Below, piece by piece: positions 1 to 9,669 of a stretch of DNA of 64,000 bases. Source of the stretch: Candidatus Bathyarchaeota archaeon (GTDB taxonomy: Archaea; Thermoproteota; Bathyarchaeia; 40CM-2-53-6); NCBI GenBank assembly GCA_963733055.1, contig CAVTBR010000001.1, forward strand, positions 1,120,001 through 1,184,000, read 5' to 3'. Numbering within the stretch: position 1 is the first letter of the stretch; each line of letters starts with the position of its first letter. The notes beneath the pieces are model-generated. The model did no database searches and had not been told where the DNA came from. It saw nothing but the letters and a program-made list of their open reading frames with translations. Both the position numbers and the translations under genes were made by a program.

Positions 1-313
1 CCCCTATTGTTGTATTAATATACACTTGCACGATCTGAATGGCCACACCACCCTGATTGCTTAACAACATATCGTATTGACATACCGTACACAGACTAGG
101 ACTGATTTGGATCAGTCCGGGATATACGGCCGTGAGATTCTCGGATAAGCGGTCAATGTTCTGCTGATTCATACCATAATTGAGATTTTCGTAGATGTCG
201 TATTGCCGACCGATTAATACCAGACTAGTGAACGCACTGAGAAACAGGGTGAGAATTATGATTCCGCCGAGGATGCTGCTGACCGCCCGCCTCCGAAACC
301 GTACTCGGTGCAA
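1..313 (-). CDS. Large type IV pilin-like protein, partial (runs off left edge); third paralog of 334-1584 and 1606-2778
   Basis: Not in ORF track. Hand translation from TTG at 313 gives MHRVRFRRRA|VSSILGGIIILTLFLSAFTSLVL...QYDIYENL...NIDRLSENLTAVYPGL...CTVCQYDMLLSNQGGVAIQIVQVYINTT, with a class III signal and the same motifs as the neighbouring pilins. Confidence 0.85.
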   Translation of the reverse strand, partial: MHRVRFRRRAVSSILGGIIILTLFLSAFTSLVLIGRQYDIYENLNYGMNQQNIDRLSENLTAVYPGLIQISPSLCTVCQYDMLLSNQGGVAIQIVQVYINTTIG

Positions 314-333
314 TTAGACATTACCCGCCTTAC

Positions 334-1584
334 TTAGCAGCCGCTGCTCCGGACATAGAGGCCGTCCACAGCAATCACGAAGCCTTGGTATCCACCACCT
401 ATTGTACCAGAGGCGGCGCCATAGGCTGGGCCTAGGTTGTTTACGGTTGCGGTACCAGTAAACATGTCTCCTGATCCGGAAGGCGAATAACTTTTCGGGT
501 TCGGATAATCGGAGAACATTATTTTGAATATTAGGTAGAAAGTTTGACCGGGTTGTACAACCACGTTAGTTCCGTATGGGTAAAACTGATTGTTCACGAC
601 CGTACCAACGTAGGGTCCGCCGAGAAAGAGTTGATCTCCATTTGAGGTCGAGCTAGCTGTCAGGATCGTCATTTGCCCCCAACTGAAGCTTATTGGGTTA
701 CTGAGAGTGTTCGCGCTGTAGACCGAGACGAAAAAGCACTGTGCGCAAGGCGGGGAGAATGACTGGGAGAGTTGGGCTGACTTTGGAATAGTAATTGAGT
801 ATACAATCGTGGGAGTTGTCCACGGGTTCAAGAAGTAGAGTGGGCCCGTCCCTCCCGCAGTCAACGGTTGGGGTGTCTCCTTATGGCACGGGTCGTTCTG
901 GCTGTTGTACGCGCCGGTCGTGCCATTATAGGCGATCTTCATTGACCCGGCCTCGATGTTTAGTGGAGTGCCGGTGCCGCCTACCCCTTGACTTGTTGCC
1001 GGGAAGGGCCAGTTGAATGAAAATACTCGTCCTCGACTCGTGACTATCCAGATGCTATCGCTAGGAGTGAGAGTTACATTCGGAAGAGGCGTGATGCTTT
1101 GAGGGAGCCACAAACGCACGACGTGGTTGAACTCCCCTGACGAAATAAAGGAGTCGCTCTGGGCAAAGCTGAAGGATGTGATGCTACCGCTCGGATTGAG
1201 CACGCAAGGTCCGGGCGGAGTAATCGATGTTGTGCAACCATTTTGGCTCGGCTGACTAGATTGGGCCGTTGAGTTTATGTAGACTCTCGCGATTTGAACT
1301 CCGACCCCACCCTCATTCGCGAGAGACATGTTATACTGGTTGAGGTTGCACCCGGTACCGCATTTGGCTGGAAACCCGCCTACTAGTCCAGGATAAAGGG
1401 CCACGACCGCTTCAGAGGCGCGGTTGACATCCTTCTGCGCCATCGTCTCAGCAAGGTTCTCGTATGCATCATACCGTTGATTGACGACTACCGTCGTCGT
1501 TAAGCTAAAGATGATGATGGACAAGGCAATGATACCGCCAAGTATGTTACTGACGGCGCGACGCCCAAACCGAAGACTAAGCAA
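334..1584 (-). CDS. Large Cys-rich type IV (minor) pilin-like protein
   Basis: Class III signal FGRRA|VSNILGGIIALSIIIF; YPGL, YNMSLAN, YINST and SIWIVTSRGRVFSFNWPFP motifs shared with paralogs; 8 Cys. Confidence 0.85.
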   Translation of the reverse strand: MLSLRFGRRAVSNILGGIIALSIIIFSLTTTVVVNQRYDAYENLAETMAQKDVNRASEAVVALYPGLVGGFPAKCGTGCNLNQYNMSLANEGGVGVQIARVYINSTAQSSQPSQNGCTTSITPPGPCVLNPSGSITSFSFAQSDSFISSGEFNHVVRLWLPQSITPLPNVTLTPSDSIWIVTSRGRVFSFNWPFPATSQGVGGTGTPLNIEAGSMKIAYNGTTGAYNSQNDPCHKETPQPLTAGGTGPLYFLNPWTTPTIVYSITIPKSAQLSQSFSPPCAQCFFVSVYSANTLSNPISFSWGQMTILTASSTSNGDQLFLGGPYVGTVVNNQFYPYGTNVVVQPGQTFYLIFKIMFSDYPNPKSYSPSGSGDMFTGTATVNNLGPAYGAASGTIGGGYQGFVIAVDGLYVRSSGC

Positions 1585-1605
1585 ACAATCTCGCCCGCAT
1601 TTACA

Positions 1606-2778
1606 TTAAGTGCAACCAGTTCTCACGTAGAGGCCGTTCAGGAAGACGTCTATTTGCCGGAAGCTGGCATCTTCACCCGAAGCCCCATATCCGTTGTTCA
1701 TGGCGGCCGTCCCTGAGAACGAGTCTCCCGGAGGGGTAGGCGTCTTTGGCGACAGATTTTGTTGCGTTATTTGAAAGATTAGGTAGTAGTCGTTGCCGGG
1801 GTTTATGGCCACATTCGTTCCCCTGGCAGCGAAGTGACGAACTCCCGATTGATTGTACACTATTCCTACATAGGGACCGCCAATGTACCATGGTTTAGAT
1901 GAAGAGGCGGCATCAGCTGTTAGAATTACCATCCCTCCCCAGCTGAAGGTTACCGGCACGCTCAAAGAATTAGAGGAGTACACGGCGACGTAGAGATCCG
2001 TGCTACCCGCCGCCAGGTCACTCATCACAGTTGATGTAATCCAAGGATTTACGTAGTGAAGTGTGGTACTCGCTCCTCCGGCGGGCAATGTGGTTCCTTT
2101 TTCAGTATGACAAGCGTCCGATGCGCTATTGTCAGTCCCGTTATATGCGACAGCCATAACTCCCGCGTAGATCGTTGGCGGACTTCCGGCTCCTGGAACG
2201 CCTTGGCCTGCGGGTGGGAAGGGCCAGTTGAATGAGAAGACTCGGCCGCGATTTGTTACGATCCAGATGCTGTTGCTTGGTGTGAGAGTCACGTTTGGAA
2301 GAGTAACCGTCTGAGGAAGCCACAAGCGAACAATATGGTTAGTTTCTCCCGGGTTAATGTAGGAATCATACGAGTCGAAGCCGAAGGGTGTAGGGCTTGA
2401 TTGTGGAGTCAGAATGCATAGGCTCTTGATTTTGGTGTTCGTTGGTGTGCACCCCGGAGGCTGCGCGGTCGAGTTGATGTAAATTCGAGCGAGCTGAACG
2501 GCAATATTGCCAATGTTGGCTAGTGACATATTGTACTGATTACATGTACTGCAGCCGCTTGCCTGAAATCCTCCCTTCAGACCCGGATAAACCGGCTGGA
2601 TTTTCTCTGCGTTGCGGTTGATGTCTAGCTGCGACATTGAGTCGACAGTACTTTGATAGGTATCGAATTGTTGAGTGAAAGCGACCATCGCGCCGAGCGC
2701 TATTAGGAAGAGGGCAAGGACAATGATGCCACTTATCATGTTACTGACGGCCCTGCGACCTACCCGCAACTTTCCCAA
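1606..2778 (-). CDS. Large Cys-rich type IV (minor) pilin-like protein
   Basis: Start reassigned to TTG 2778 (MGKLRVGRRA|VSNMISGIIVLALF), just after the upstream stop at 2792; full-length paralog of 334-1584. Confidence 0.85.
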   Translation of the reverse strand: MGKLRVGRRAVSNMISGIIVLALFLIALGAMVAFTQQFDTYQSTVDSMSQLDINRNAEKIQPVYPGLKGGFQASGCSTCNQYNMSLANIGNIAVQLARIYINSTAQPPGCTPTNTKIKSLCILTPQSSPTPFGFDSYDSYINPGETNHIVRLWLPQTVTLPNVTLTPSNSIWIVTNRGRVFSFNWPFPPAGQGVPGAGSPPTIYAGVMAVAYNGTDNSASDACHTEKGTTLPAGGASTTLHYVNPWITSTVMSDLAAGSTDLYVAVYSSNSLSVPVTFSWGGMVILTADAASSSKPWYIGGPYVGIVYNQSGVRHFAARGTNVAINPGNDYYLIFQITQQNLSPKTPTPPGDSFSGTAAMNNGYGASGEDASFRQIDVFLNGLYVRTGCT

Positions 2779-2791
2779 GGTATCTTGTCCC

Positions 2792-3307
2792 CTATGGCCC
2801 GCGAGCCGTGGCCATGACTTGATTACCGCGCTGGGTCGCAACAATGATCGTGAAGACTGTCCCTGAAGTCCAAGTACTTCCATAATTCAAGTTGAATTCA
2901 ACTACTTGCTGAACTCCGAGATCAAGCTTGGTGCTGGATGTAGGCGGGACTGGGCAAGGGTTCATGTTCAGGCAGAGCCAAGGTTGGGGTGGGCCAAAGG
3001 ATAGCCCCGGATTCCCATTAACGTAAATGGCCGAGATTACTACGTCTATTAAACCCACGTTTCTCACAAAAATCATTATGTTATGATTGGTCCCCGTCGA
3101 GTTGAAGAACACCTCCTCAATGACGAATCTTTCCTGAAGCGCTTGGCCCCTCTGCGAGAAGAAGAGTTGGGAGCCGCTACTGAACGCCCCAAACGATGTA
3201 CCAGCCCACGCCACCAATATCGCCGCAAGTGACATAGTTATCAGAATCATCAGCATGTTCGCGATTACAGTACTAACGCCTAATCTATTCCTCCATTTTC
3301 TTCTCAT
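2792..3307 (-). CDS. Archaeal type IV pilin
   Basis: MRRKWRNRLG|VSTVIANMLMILITMSLAAILV signal; QERFVIEEV, FVRNVG and IVATQRGN pilin-head motifs. Confidence 0.9.
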   Translation of the reverse strand: MRRKWRNRLGVSTVIANMLMILITMSLAAILVAWAGTSFGAFSSGSQLFFSQRGQALQERFVIEEVFFNSTGTNHNIMIFVRNVGLIDVVISAIYVNGNPGLSFGPPQPWLCLNMNPCPVPPTSSTKLDLGVQQVVEFNLNYGSTWTSGTVFTIIVATQRGNQVMATARGP

Positions 3308-3573
3308 GCACCTGCCCTCCGACCGGGAGCCTTGTCATGAATCTGGTTGGCGGATGAAAGGCCGTGCGGTTGAGTCCTGAGCCCATTGTAGTCGATTAGT
3401 ATGAGATCCATAGCGTTATCCGGAATCAGCACATCTATTGATTCGTTGAGCTTTACAGGCCCAATCCTTTGCGTCAAGTCCGACCCGCAGCCGAGAAGTT
3501 TAGCTAATGCTTTGCATATGCTTGCTGTACCCTCAATTGCCGCCTTACGGTAACAGCTGAGAGTCGTCGACAT
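3304..3573 (-). CDS. Hypothetical protein
   Basis: 89 aa, co-oriented in the pilus operon, stop overlaps the pilin start (ATGA); no recognisable motif. Confidence 0.35.
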   Translation of the reverse strand: MSTTLSCYRKAAIEGTASICKALAKLLGCGSDLTQRIGPVKLNESIDVLIPDNAMDLILIDYNGLRTQPHGLSSANQIHDKAPGRRAGA

Positions 3574-3610
3574 TGATGCTCCTCAAGTACTGCTGGTCAT
3601 AAGACCGATT

Positions 3611-4138
3611 TTATCGTTTTATGTAGAGATGAGTCCAGAAATGGCCGGTTTTCGCCCTAGCGGTCTCGGGGAGGTTGAAGGTATGATCAGCTGATATAAT
3701 CCTAGTTCCGTCCCTCAATTCCTTGCGAAGTTTAGGTTCGAGCTTGCAGTTTATCTTTCGGGAAAGGTAGGCCGTAACTATTGTTGCTTGTGACAAATCT
3801 TGCCCAAAGAAATCCGCGTTTACTATGCGGACTCTATTTTGCACTCCGTTCTCTTTGATCGCCATCTTGCTCAACCATGCGAGGATCCTGCTCTTCTCTA
3901 TCCCGACAGCTTGGGTTCCGTAGTTCTTGGCCGCGGCGATCACAACCCTCCCATTCCCGCTCCCCAAATCAAAAAGCAAATCGTCAGGTCTTGCGTCCGC
4001 CATTCTCAACATTTTGTCGATCGTTTTCTGCGATAAAGGTATGAAAACCGCTTGGTTCCTAGCGAGCAGGGCGAAGAAATAGGCGAGGATAACAAGCGCT
4101 AGCCCAGTGGCAATGGTGAGGATTAGAGGCAGAGCCAT
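3611..4138 (-). CDS. Membrane-anchored class I SAM-dependent methyltransferase (FAM173/aKMT-like)
   Basis: N-terminal TM helix, AVFIPL, motif I LFDLGSGNGRVV, VGIEKS, ADFF, IVTAYL. Confidence 0.85.
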   Translation of the reverse strand: MALPLILTIATGLALVILAYFFALLARNQAVFIPLSQKTIDKMLRMADARPDDLLFDLGSGNGRVVIAAAKNYGTQAVGIEKSRILAWLSKMAIKENGVQNRVRIVNADFFGQDLSQATIVTAYLSRKINCKLEPKLRKELRDGTRIISADHTFNLPETARAKTGHFWTHLYIKR

Positions 4139-4177
4139 ATTCGATCGCCCACCGCGGCAACGTGTTTTCTCAATCTT

Positions 4178-5059
4178 CTACAAACCCCAGACGAAGATGA
4201 AGAACGCCATGAACGTGATGAGGAGCAAGGCGACCGTGTGCTTCAAGCCAGCGCCAAGTTTTCCCTCGCTCATCTTGCCCGCGATTAGACCTCCGAAGAT
4301 CGCTTGTATGATGGTGGCGTGGAAGAGTATTGTTTTCAGAAGTGCGATGTTGATGCTTCCTATCCCGCCGAACACGCTGCCACCGCCACCTGCGGTTTGG
4401 AGAACGCTGGCCTGCATATTGACGATCTGCGTGAAGAATGTCTGGATTAGCATGATATCTGTGAATAGGAAGACGCCAAAAGCGATGTAGACGACGACTG
4501 CGTAAGGCCTCATCTGGGCGTATCTTTCTCGGTCTATGGTCTGTAGTTCACCAATGTGTTTGTTCACCTGCTCCATTATCTCTTGCGTGTCCCCGCCAGA
4601 CCTCGCGACCTCGGTAATCAATGTGGCCGTTCTTTGTGCGAGTTTCGTTCTTGCCCGCGTCGCGAACGCCCGCATTGCCTCATCGAGGGTTGCGCCCCAG
4701 GAGAGCTGGGCTAGGAGCCGTTTCAGTTCCGGAGTTAACGGGCCGTAGTCCCTCTCGGAAGAAACCTCAATTGCTCTAGTCAGAGTCAAACCAGTTCTGC
4801 CTGACTCCGCTATCTCTCGCAAAAGTCTTGGGATGTTCCTGTCTATTCCACGCTGCCACCTCAGGTCGAGGTATTCAACGGTCGCGGGCGGGAACAGGCA
4901 TATGATCAATCCGAACACGAGAAGTTGGTCCCATTTCAACGGCAGGGTTACACCTCGAAACAGAATGAGAGTTGCAATGGTAGCTATCACTATCAAAGCC
5001 CCTAGGGAGCCAGAGACGATTGCAACCAGTCGTTTCTCTCTAGGTTCGATCTTTGGCAT
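4178..5059 (-). CDS. Type IV pilus membrane platform protein (TadC/GspF family)
   Basis: IPRLLREIAESGRTG, DYGPLTPEL, SWG and SGG motifs plus TM helices; adjacent to the ATPase. Confidence 0.9.
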   Translation of the reverse strand: MPKIEPREKRLVAIVSGSLGALIVIATIATLILFRGVTLPLKWDQLLVFGLIICLFPPATVEYLDLRWQRGIDRNIPRLLREIAESGRTGLTLTRAIEVSSERDYGPLTPELKRLLAQLSWGATLDEAMRAFATRARTKLAQRTATLITEVARSGGDTQEIMEQVNKHIGELQTIDRERYAQMRPYAVVVYIAFGVFLFTDIMLIQTFFTQIVNMQASVLQTAGGGGSVFGGIGSINIALLKTILFHATIIQAIFGGLIAGKMSEGKLGAGLKHTVALLLITFMAFFIFVWGL

Positions 5060-5060
5060 A

Positions 5061-5982
5061 CTAATCCTCCACCAAGATGCCGTCGAGCATCACGATAACG
5101 ACGGCCGCACATATCGGAATGATTCCATAAGTCACAAGCGTCATCATGGTAATGACAGAAAATCCTCCAAGCCCACCTCCAATCATGGCCATGACCGAGA
5201 ACATCACAATGATCAGCAGCGGGAATACCACGAGTAGAGTAACATAGACCTCGGCAAAGGCAGCGAGGCCTTCAAGCAGTTGTTTCGCCGCCACCCGGCG
5301 CAGGTCCATCATGACGCGAGTCGCATCGAGCAGGTAGCCCTTCATGTTCCCCCCCGACCGAATCGTCGCCACTAAGCCCTCCAAAACTTCGGCGAAAACT
5401 TTGGACGGAGAACGTTCCCGCTCGGCCTCTAGAGCGGTGATAACGTCGTTTCCTAGTATCTCCACATCCCTCACTATCTCGTTCGATTCAGAGGCGACTT
5501 CAGGCGTGGTTCGTGAATCTTCGAGAAGTTTGAACATGCGCGCCGGTGGCATTCCGGCGGCAGCTAGAATTGACAGGTGGCTTGTCACGTACGGGAGTTC
5601 TAAGTCCATTCTCTTGCGACGGCTAGTAGCGAGGAAGCCTGGAAGCCCATAGAGCATCCCGAAGACGAGAGCGCCTGAAAGAATACTCGCCCCAAAACGC
5701 GAACAAAATTGCCAGGAAGATAGGAAGGCCAAACACGATCGCCACAGCTAGAGTGGCCGAGAAACCCGTAATGAACGATAGAGCCGATAACAGCACGGTC
5801 ATGCTTGCGTATGAATGCAGGCTGATTTTGATTCCTGCCTTCTGGAGGTTTGACCCGAGGTCGGCGAAATGCGGGAGATACTTTTGCATCCTTGTTCCGA
5901 GGTACTGGAAAGCAAGCAACCAAGGCGCTCTGAGGGCTGATACGGTGCCTTCCTGAGTCGCCTTCTTCGGAGTCTTGGTCAT
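5061..5982 (-). CDS. Second TadC/GspF platform protein, split by a +1 frameshift near 5694-5697
   Basis: ORFs 5623-5982 (LQKAGIKISLHSYAS) and 5061-5732 (ELPYVTSHLSILAAAG, SGGN) join as LFAF-GASILSG if one T of the TTTT in GCGTTTTGGGGCG is removed. Confidence 0.8.
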
Positions 5983-5985
5983 GTT

Positions 5986-7572
5986 CTAATCACTCAACAA
6001 CGCTAGCCTCGCGCGTTCGTACGTCTTCGACGTATCCGCGTAGTAGTCTCGGATGACTGCGCCGACTTCCCTATACCTGCGAATGTTCTTCTTCACAAGA
6101 TAATCCAAAACAGTCTTACGGCGTTGAATTTCCTCTCTCGCGGTTTCCAGAGTAGCCCCTGCCCTCTCCGCGAGCCTTTCGATCGTTTGGCTTCGGCCAG
6201 AATACGTGAAAGAATCCGTCCGAGGTTCCCATTTATAGAGGTCGTTAAGGTCGAGTTCGCCGGAACTCGGGTCTATACCCAAGATTTCAGTAAGCTGCAC
6301 CAGTCTCCGAGCCGGCCTGCCATTTATCCTCAACCGTGATTGGACTCCGATCAAATGGAGGGTTGGTAGAAGTGTTCGTGGGATATTCAGCGGAGCTGAT
6401 TCAAGCCTTCGGACGGCTGCCCTGACCGAATCGGCGTGCAGGCTGGATAGGCCACCGTGACCCGTCGCCATTGCTTGAAAGAGAGTGAAGGCTTCCTCAC
6501 CCCTGACCTCACCGACTATAACGTAGTCCGGCCTTTGTCGCATGGCTGCCTTTAACAAGTCGAATGTGGAAATCTCGGCGCTGCTTCCAACTGACCCGAA
6601 GCCTACGCGTGCGATTGAAGCTATCCAGTTTTCGTGTGGAATGTTCATCTCTGGCGTATCTTCAATCGTGATGACCTTATCGTCGGGCATGATGAACATG
6701 GAGATGCAGTTCAGGAGAGTGGTCTTTCCAGACGCGGTTCCGCCGCCGACAAGTATGCAGGCTTTCTTCTCGATTGCATACCACAGATAGGCTCCGATAT
6801 CGGAGGTTATCGTGTTGAATGTGATCATGTCGGTTATTGTGAGTGGGTCCGCTTTGAATCGTCTAATTGTGAAGCTACTGCCGCGTCGGGTCACTTCTTT
6901 GCTGTAGGTAAGTTGAATTCGGCTGCCGTCCGGGAGGCCTCCGTCAACCATAGGTGAGGCGATTGAGACGTGTTTGTTGCATAGGTAAGCCAGTTTCACG
7001 ACAAAGTTGTCTAGTTCTTTGGGGTTTTCGAATCTTATGTTCGTTGGGATGGATTCGAACTGGCGGTGCCAAACGTAAATTGGACCCCCTGGTCCATCGC
7101 AACTTATGTCTTCAATCATGTGGTCGCGCATTATGGGTTCTATGCGACCTAGGTTTACGAGGTCCCTTGCCAAGTAGTACATGAGTTTGTCGAGGGTTTC
7201 AGCAGCGATTTTGAACTTGTATTCCTTAACTCTCTTCTCAACTTCCTTTCTCAGGAATTTCGCCGCTTCTTCTAACGAGCCGATTTTTCTTGCATCCACG
7301 TCCAGCTCTTCGACCAGTATGCTGTGGATTTTCTTGTACAGCACTTTTTCTTCTTCGAGCAGCGTAGGTTCGATGACGAAATACAGCATGCCGCCTGTCG
7401 TCGGCTCGCGGGCTATGGCAGCGTAAGCGTAGGGTTCGATTAGCGGGTATACTTCCTTGAAACTTGAGGGGACTTCCGCTACAGGAGGCGCAGCTATGAC
7501 CTCAAGCACAGCCTTGGCTACGGGAGCGTGCTTCCCCGGTCGCGATAGGCGCGAGGGGAGCTTGAGGTCCAT
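5986..7572 (-). CDS. Type II/IV secretion system (pilus assembly) ATPase
   Basis: Walker A GGTASGKT, TIED, RQRPDYVIVGEVRG, GHGGLSSLHA; archaeal N-terminal YFVIEP and IEDISCDG motifs. Confidence 0.95.
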   Translation of the reverse strand: MDLKLPSRLSRPGKHAPVAKAVLEVIAAPPVAEVPSSFKEVYPLIEPYAYAAIAREPTTGGMLYFVIEPTLLEEEKVLYKKIHSILVEELDVDARKIGSLEEAAKFLRKEVEKRVKEYKFKIAAETLDKLMYYLARDLVNLGRIEPIMRDHMIEDISCDGPGGPIYVWHRQFESIPTNIRFENPKELDNFVVKLAYLCNKHVSIASPMVDGGLPDGSRIQLTYSKEVTRRGSSFTIRRFKADPLTITDMITFNTITSDIGAYLWYAIEKKACILVGGGTASGKTTLLNCISMFIMPDDKVITIEDTPEMNIPHENWIASIARVGFGSVGSSAEISTFDLLKAAMRQRPDYVIVGEVRGEEAFTLFQAMATGHGGLSSLHADSVRAAVRRLESAPLNIPRTLLPTLHLIGVQSRLRINGRPARRLVQLTEILGIDPSSGELDLNDLYKWEPRTDSFTYSGRSQTIERLAERAGATLETAREEIQRRKTVLDYLVKKNIRRYREVGAVIRDYYADTSKTYERARLALLSD

Positions 7573-7598
7573 CTTCGTGGCTTCGCCCTCCAGTTGGA

Positions 7599-7829
7599 CT
7601 ATCTGTCACTAGCTACTTTTGACGGAACTATAGCTATCTCACCGGTCAAGTTCAACGGCTTCGAGCCTGGCTTTCGAACCGCGTAAATGAGGAAAAATTC
7701 CTCTCCAGTGTTTTGAAGCCTTAGAGTTACATCAGCTTCCCCATCTATCCCTATGAGGTCCGCGATGTCATTGGGGATTCTAACGTAGATTGATTTGTTC
7801 AACCTCACCGGCCGAATCTTAAGCGCCAA
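7599..7829 (-). CDS. AbrB/MazE/SpoVT-like DNA-binding protein heading the pilus operon
   Basis: LNKSIYVRIPNDIADLIGIDGEADV swapped-hairpin pattern. Confidence 0.7.
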   Translation of the reverse strand: MALKIRPVRLNKSIYVRIPNDIADLIGIDGEADVTLRLQNTGEEFFLIYAVRKPGSKPLNLTGEIAIVPSKVASDR

Positions 7830-7888
7830 TCGAATCAGCTGGAAGGCTGTTTAGCTTCTGCTTTGGATATTCTTCGTGTCCCCTTAGT

Positions 7889-8416
7889 TTGAGTAAAACG
7901 GTGACGGCACTCTTTCTAGCGTGCCACACCGAATTCTCCCTAGCCATTGCTAGGGGTGGCTTGGATATGCATGGTCAAGAGACGCGTAGACTCCTGTGTT
8001 CAATATTCCTGTTGATGGCAGCTACCACCGGTCTCGCTTCCGTGACCGCGGGTGATTCTCAATCCATCCATTGGCACTCACCAACGAAAACGTATCAAGG
8101 CTACATTTCAGTGGTATACTATGGAATTTACCATTATGTCACGACTAGTCCACAATGTGGTCAGGCACTCCTATGCCTATATTCAGACGAGGTCGTATTT
8201 TATCTGGAAACTGACTCTGGGTCCCTAATTCGACTAATCTTCACGTGTGGACTAGACGACTGTAGGCAAAGCAACCAACTGCCACTGTCGCAAGGATCTC
8301 GCATGTACGTTAAAGGGACGTTAATTGAACCTTCACAATGGCAACCTGGGCTATCTCAACCGTACCTCTACTTCGTCGCGGACATGTACGTCTTACAATA
8401 CTCCAAGATTACCTGA
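7889..8416 (+). CDS. Hypothetical secreted protein (start possibly the later MHGQETRR)
   Basis: Hydrophobic signal-like segment LLCSIFLLMAATTGLASVTA, then a beta-rich Cys-containing domain. Confidence 0.55.
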   Translation: MSKTVTALFLACHTEFSLAIARGGLDMHGQETRRLLCSIFLLMAATTGLASVTAGDSQSIHWHSPTKTYQGYISVVYYGIYHYVTTSPQCGQALLCLYSDEVVFYLETDSGSLIRLIFTCGLDDCRQSNQLPLSQGSRMYVKGTLIEPSQWQPGLSQPYLYFVADMYVLQYSKIT

Positions 8417-8694
8417 CCCGAACTCGCCAAGTTTTCTTTGTAGCAGATAAAGGAGACCTCACTAGCCCATGTCACACGTGCGACAACTTGTCGGCGCAGT
8501 CACGCCGATTCTGGCGTCTTTCTGCTGACGTTCTGCATCGTTTGGGCGCGCTGTCCGGCGTTTTGCTGATGTTCTCCGCTGATTTGGTTGCGAAGATCCG
8601 CCTTATGCGCGAAATATTCCTTCATCTATTCGCGTCTCACCGTTCCTCCTCGCGTTAAGTCGCGAAATATGGCGAAAATCATCCTTCTTCGCTT

Positions 8695-8748
8695 CAACAC
8701 TCCCCAAACACCGTGCAAACATCATCCAAATACCATTCAAACGCTGTT
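8695..8748. repeat. Imperfect 11-bp phased tandem repeat
   Basis: CAAACACCGTG / CAAACATCATC / CAAATACCATT / CAAACGCTGTT start at 8705, 8716, 8727 and 8738. Confidence 0.55.
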
Positions 8749-8868
8749 TGTGTTGCAGGTCAAAGATCGTACGACTACTGGGGTATGATTGCGATGTGTC
8801 TTGGAAACTTCTAGGACAGTGTGGCTCGATGGTACTTTTGCTTGTAGTTAATCACGCTAATGATTATT

Positions 8869-8909
8869 GAGAAAAAGAAAGAGAGGAAGGAGGGTTTTGA
8901 TTCCTTCCT
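8869..8909 (-). terminator. Hairpin plus T-rich terminator of the major pilin gene
   Basis: 8-bp stem AGGAAGGA (8884-8891) / TCCTTCCT (8902-8909), followed on the minus strand by CTCTTTCTTTTTCTC. Confidence 0.65.
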
Positions 8910-9392
8910 TTAACTGGCCTGTCCGGCTATTGCGGTGTATGAGAAGACCCCACCGTCTGGCAACACCAGTTTAACTGCGTATGCAGACCCCGCAGTGACG
9001 TCACCTGCGAGTGAGCCTGTGGCTTGAACTGTTAGCGTTTCTTGGCATGTCGCAGCTCCAGGCGTCACAACTGGGGTAGCGCAGTCCCCCACCGCTGATG
9101 CTTTAACTCCGTTCACAAAATAGTCAGCGCTGGCGCCAGCTAAGTTAACTGTTGAAGAGCCAACGTTCTTGAGATTGAGAATGAGTTTAGCCGACCCGCT
9201 CCAGTCGTATGCCTCGAGGATTACTTGGTCTTTGGTTTGTTGGCCTCCGCTGCTGCCTAAGCTTCCCATTAGTCCGATGGAGAAAACGTAGAGTAGTACG
9301 GCGGCTGCGACGGCTATGGCGATGAGGAGAAGTGCGGCGATGATGACTGAAACTCCGCGCCTGCTGAATTGTTTACCCATGATAGTCATCAT
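8910..9392 (-). CDS. Archaeal type IV pilin (probable major pilin)
   Basis: FSRRG|VSVIIAALLLIAIAVAAAVLLYVF class III signal; GGAGGTG RBS; own terminator. Confidence 0.92.
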   Translation of the reverse strand: MMTIMGKQFSRRGVSVIIAALLLIAIAVAAAVLLYVFSIGLMGSLGSSGGQQTKDQVILEAYDWSGSAKLILNLKNVGSSTVNLAGASADYFVNGVKASAVGDCATPVVTPGAATCQETLTVQATGSLAGDVTAGSAYAVKLVLPDGGVFSYTAIAGQAS

Positions 9393-9669
9393 TTAGATGT
9401 TTCACCTCCCCCAAACTTCAACAGGCTTAGCAAATGTTTAGTGATGGTAATGGTGCTGCTGTCACCGTGTTTGCGCTTGGAAGGTTACGCCATTCTATTC
9501 AGGCGTGGTAAGGCAATTTGCTTCTAAAATGGTCTATCCACGTGAGGACTGTTTCGACATTTTCAACCTGATTATCGATTCTCGCTAATCTCTAAACGCG
9601 CTAGGTCATTGCAGTTTATCTCGGCCAAAAAAGTAAGGTGTGCTTCATTATTTCGCGATCGGGATTGAG

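Noticed and set aside
8695-8748. CRISPR mini-array interpretation of the short repeats
   Set aside because: Units are 11 bp, contiguous and lack spacers; no cas genes.
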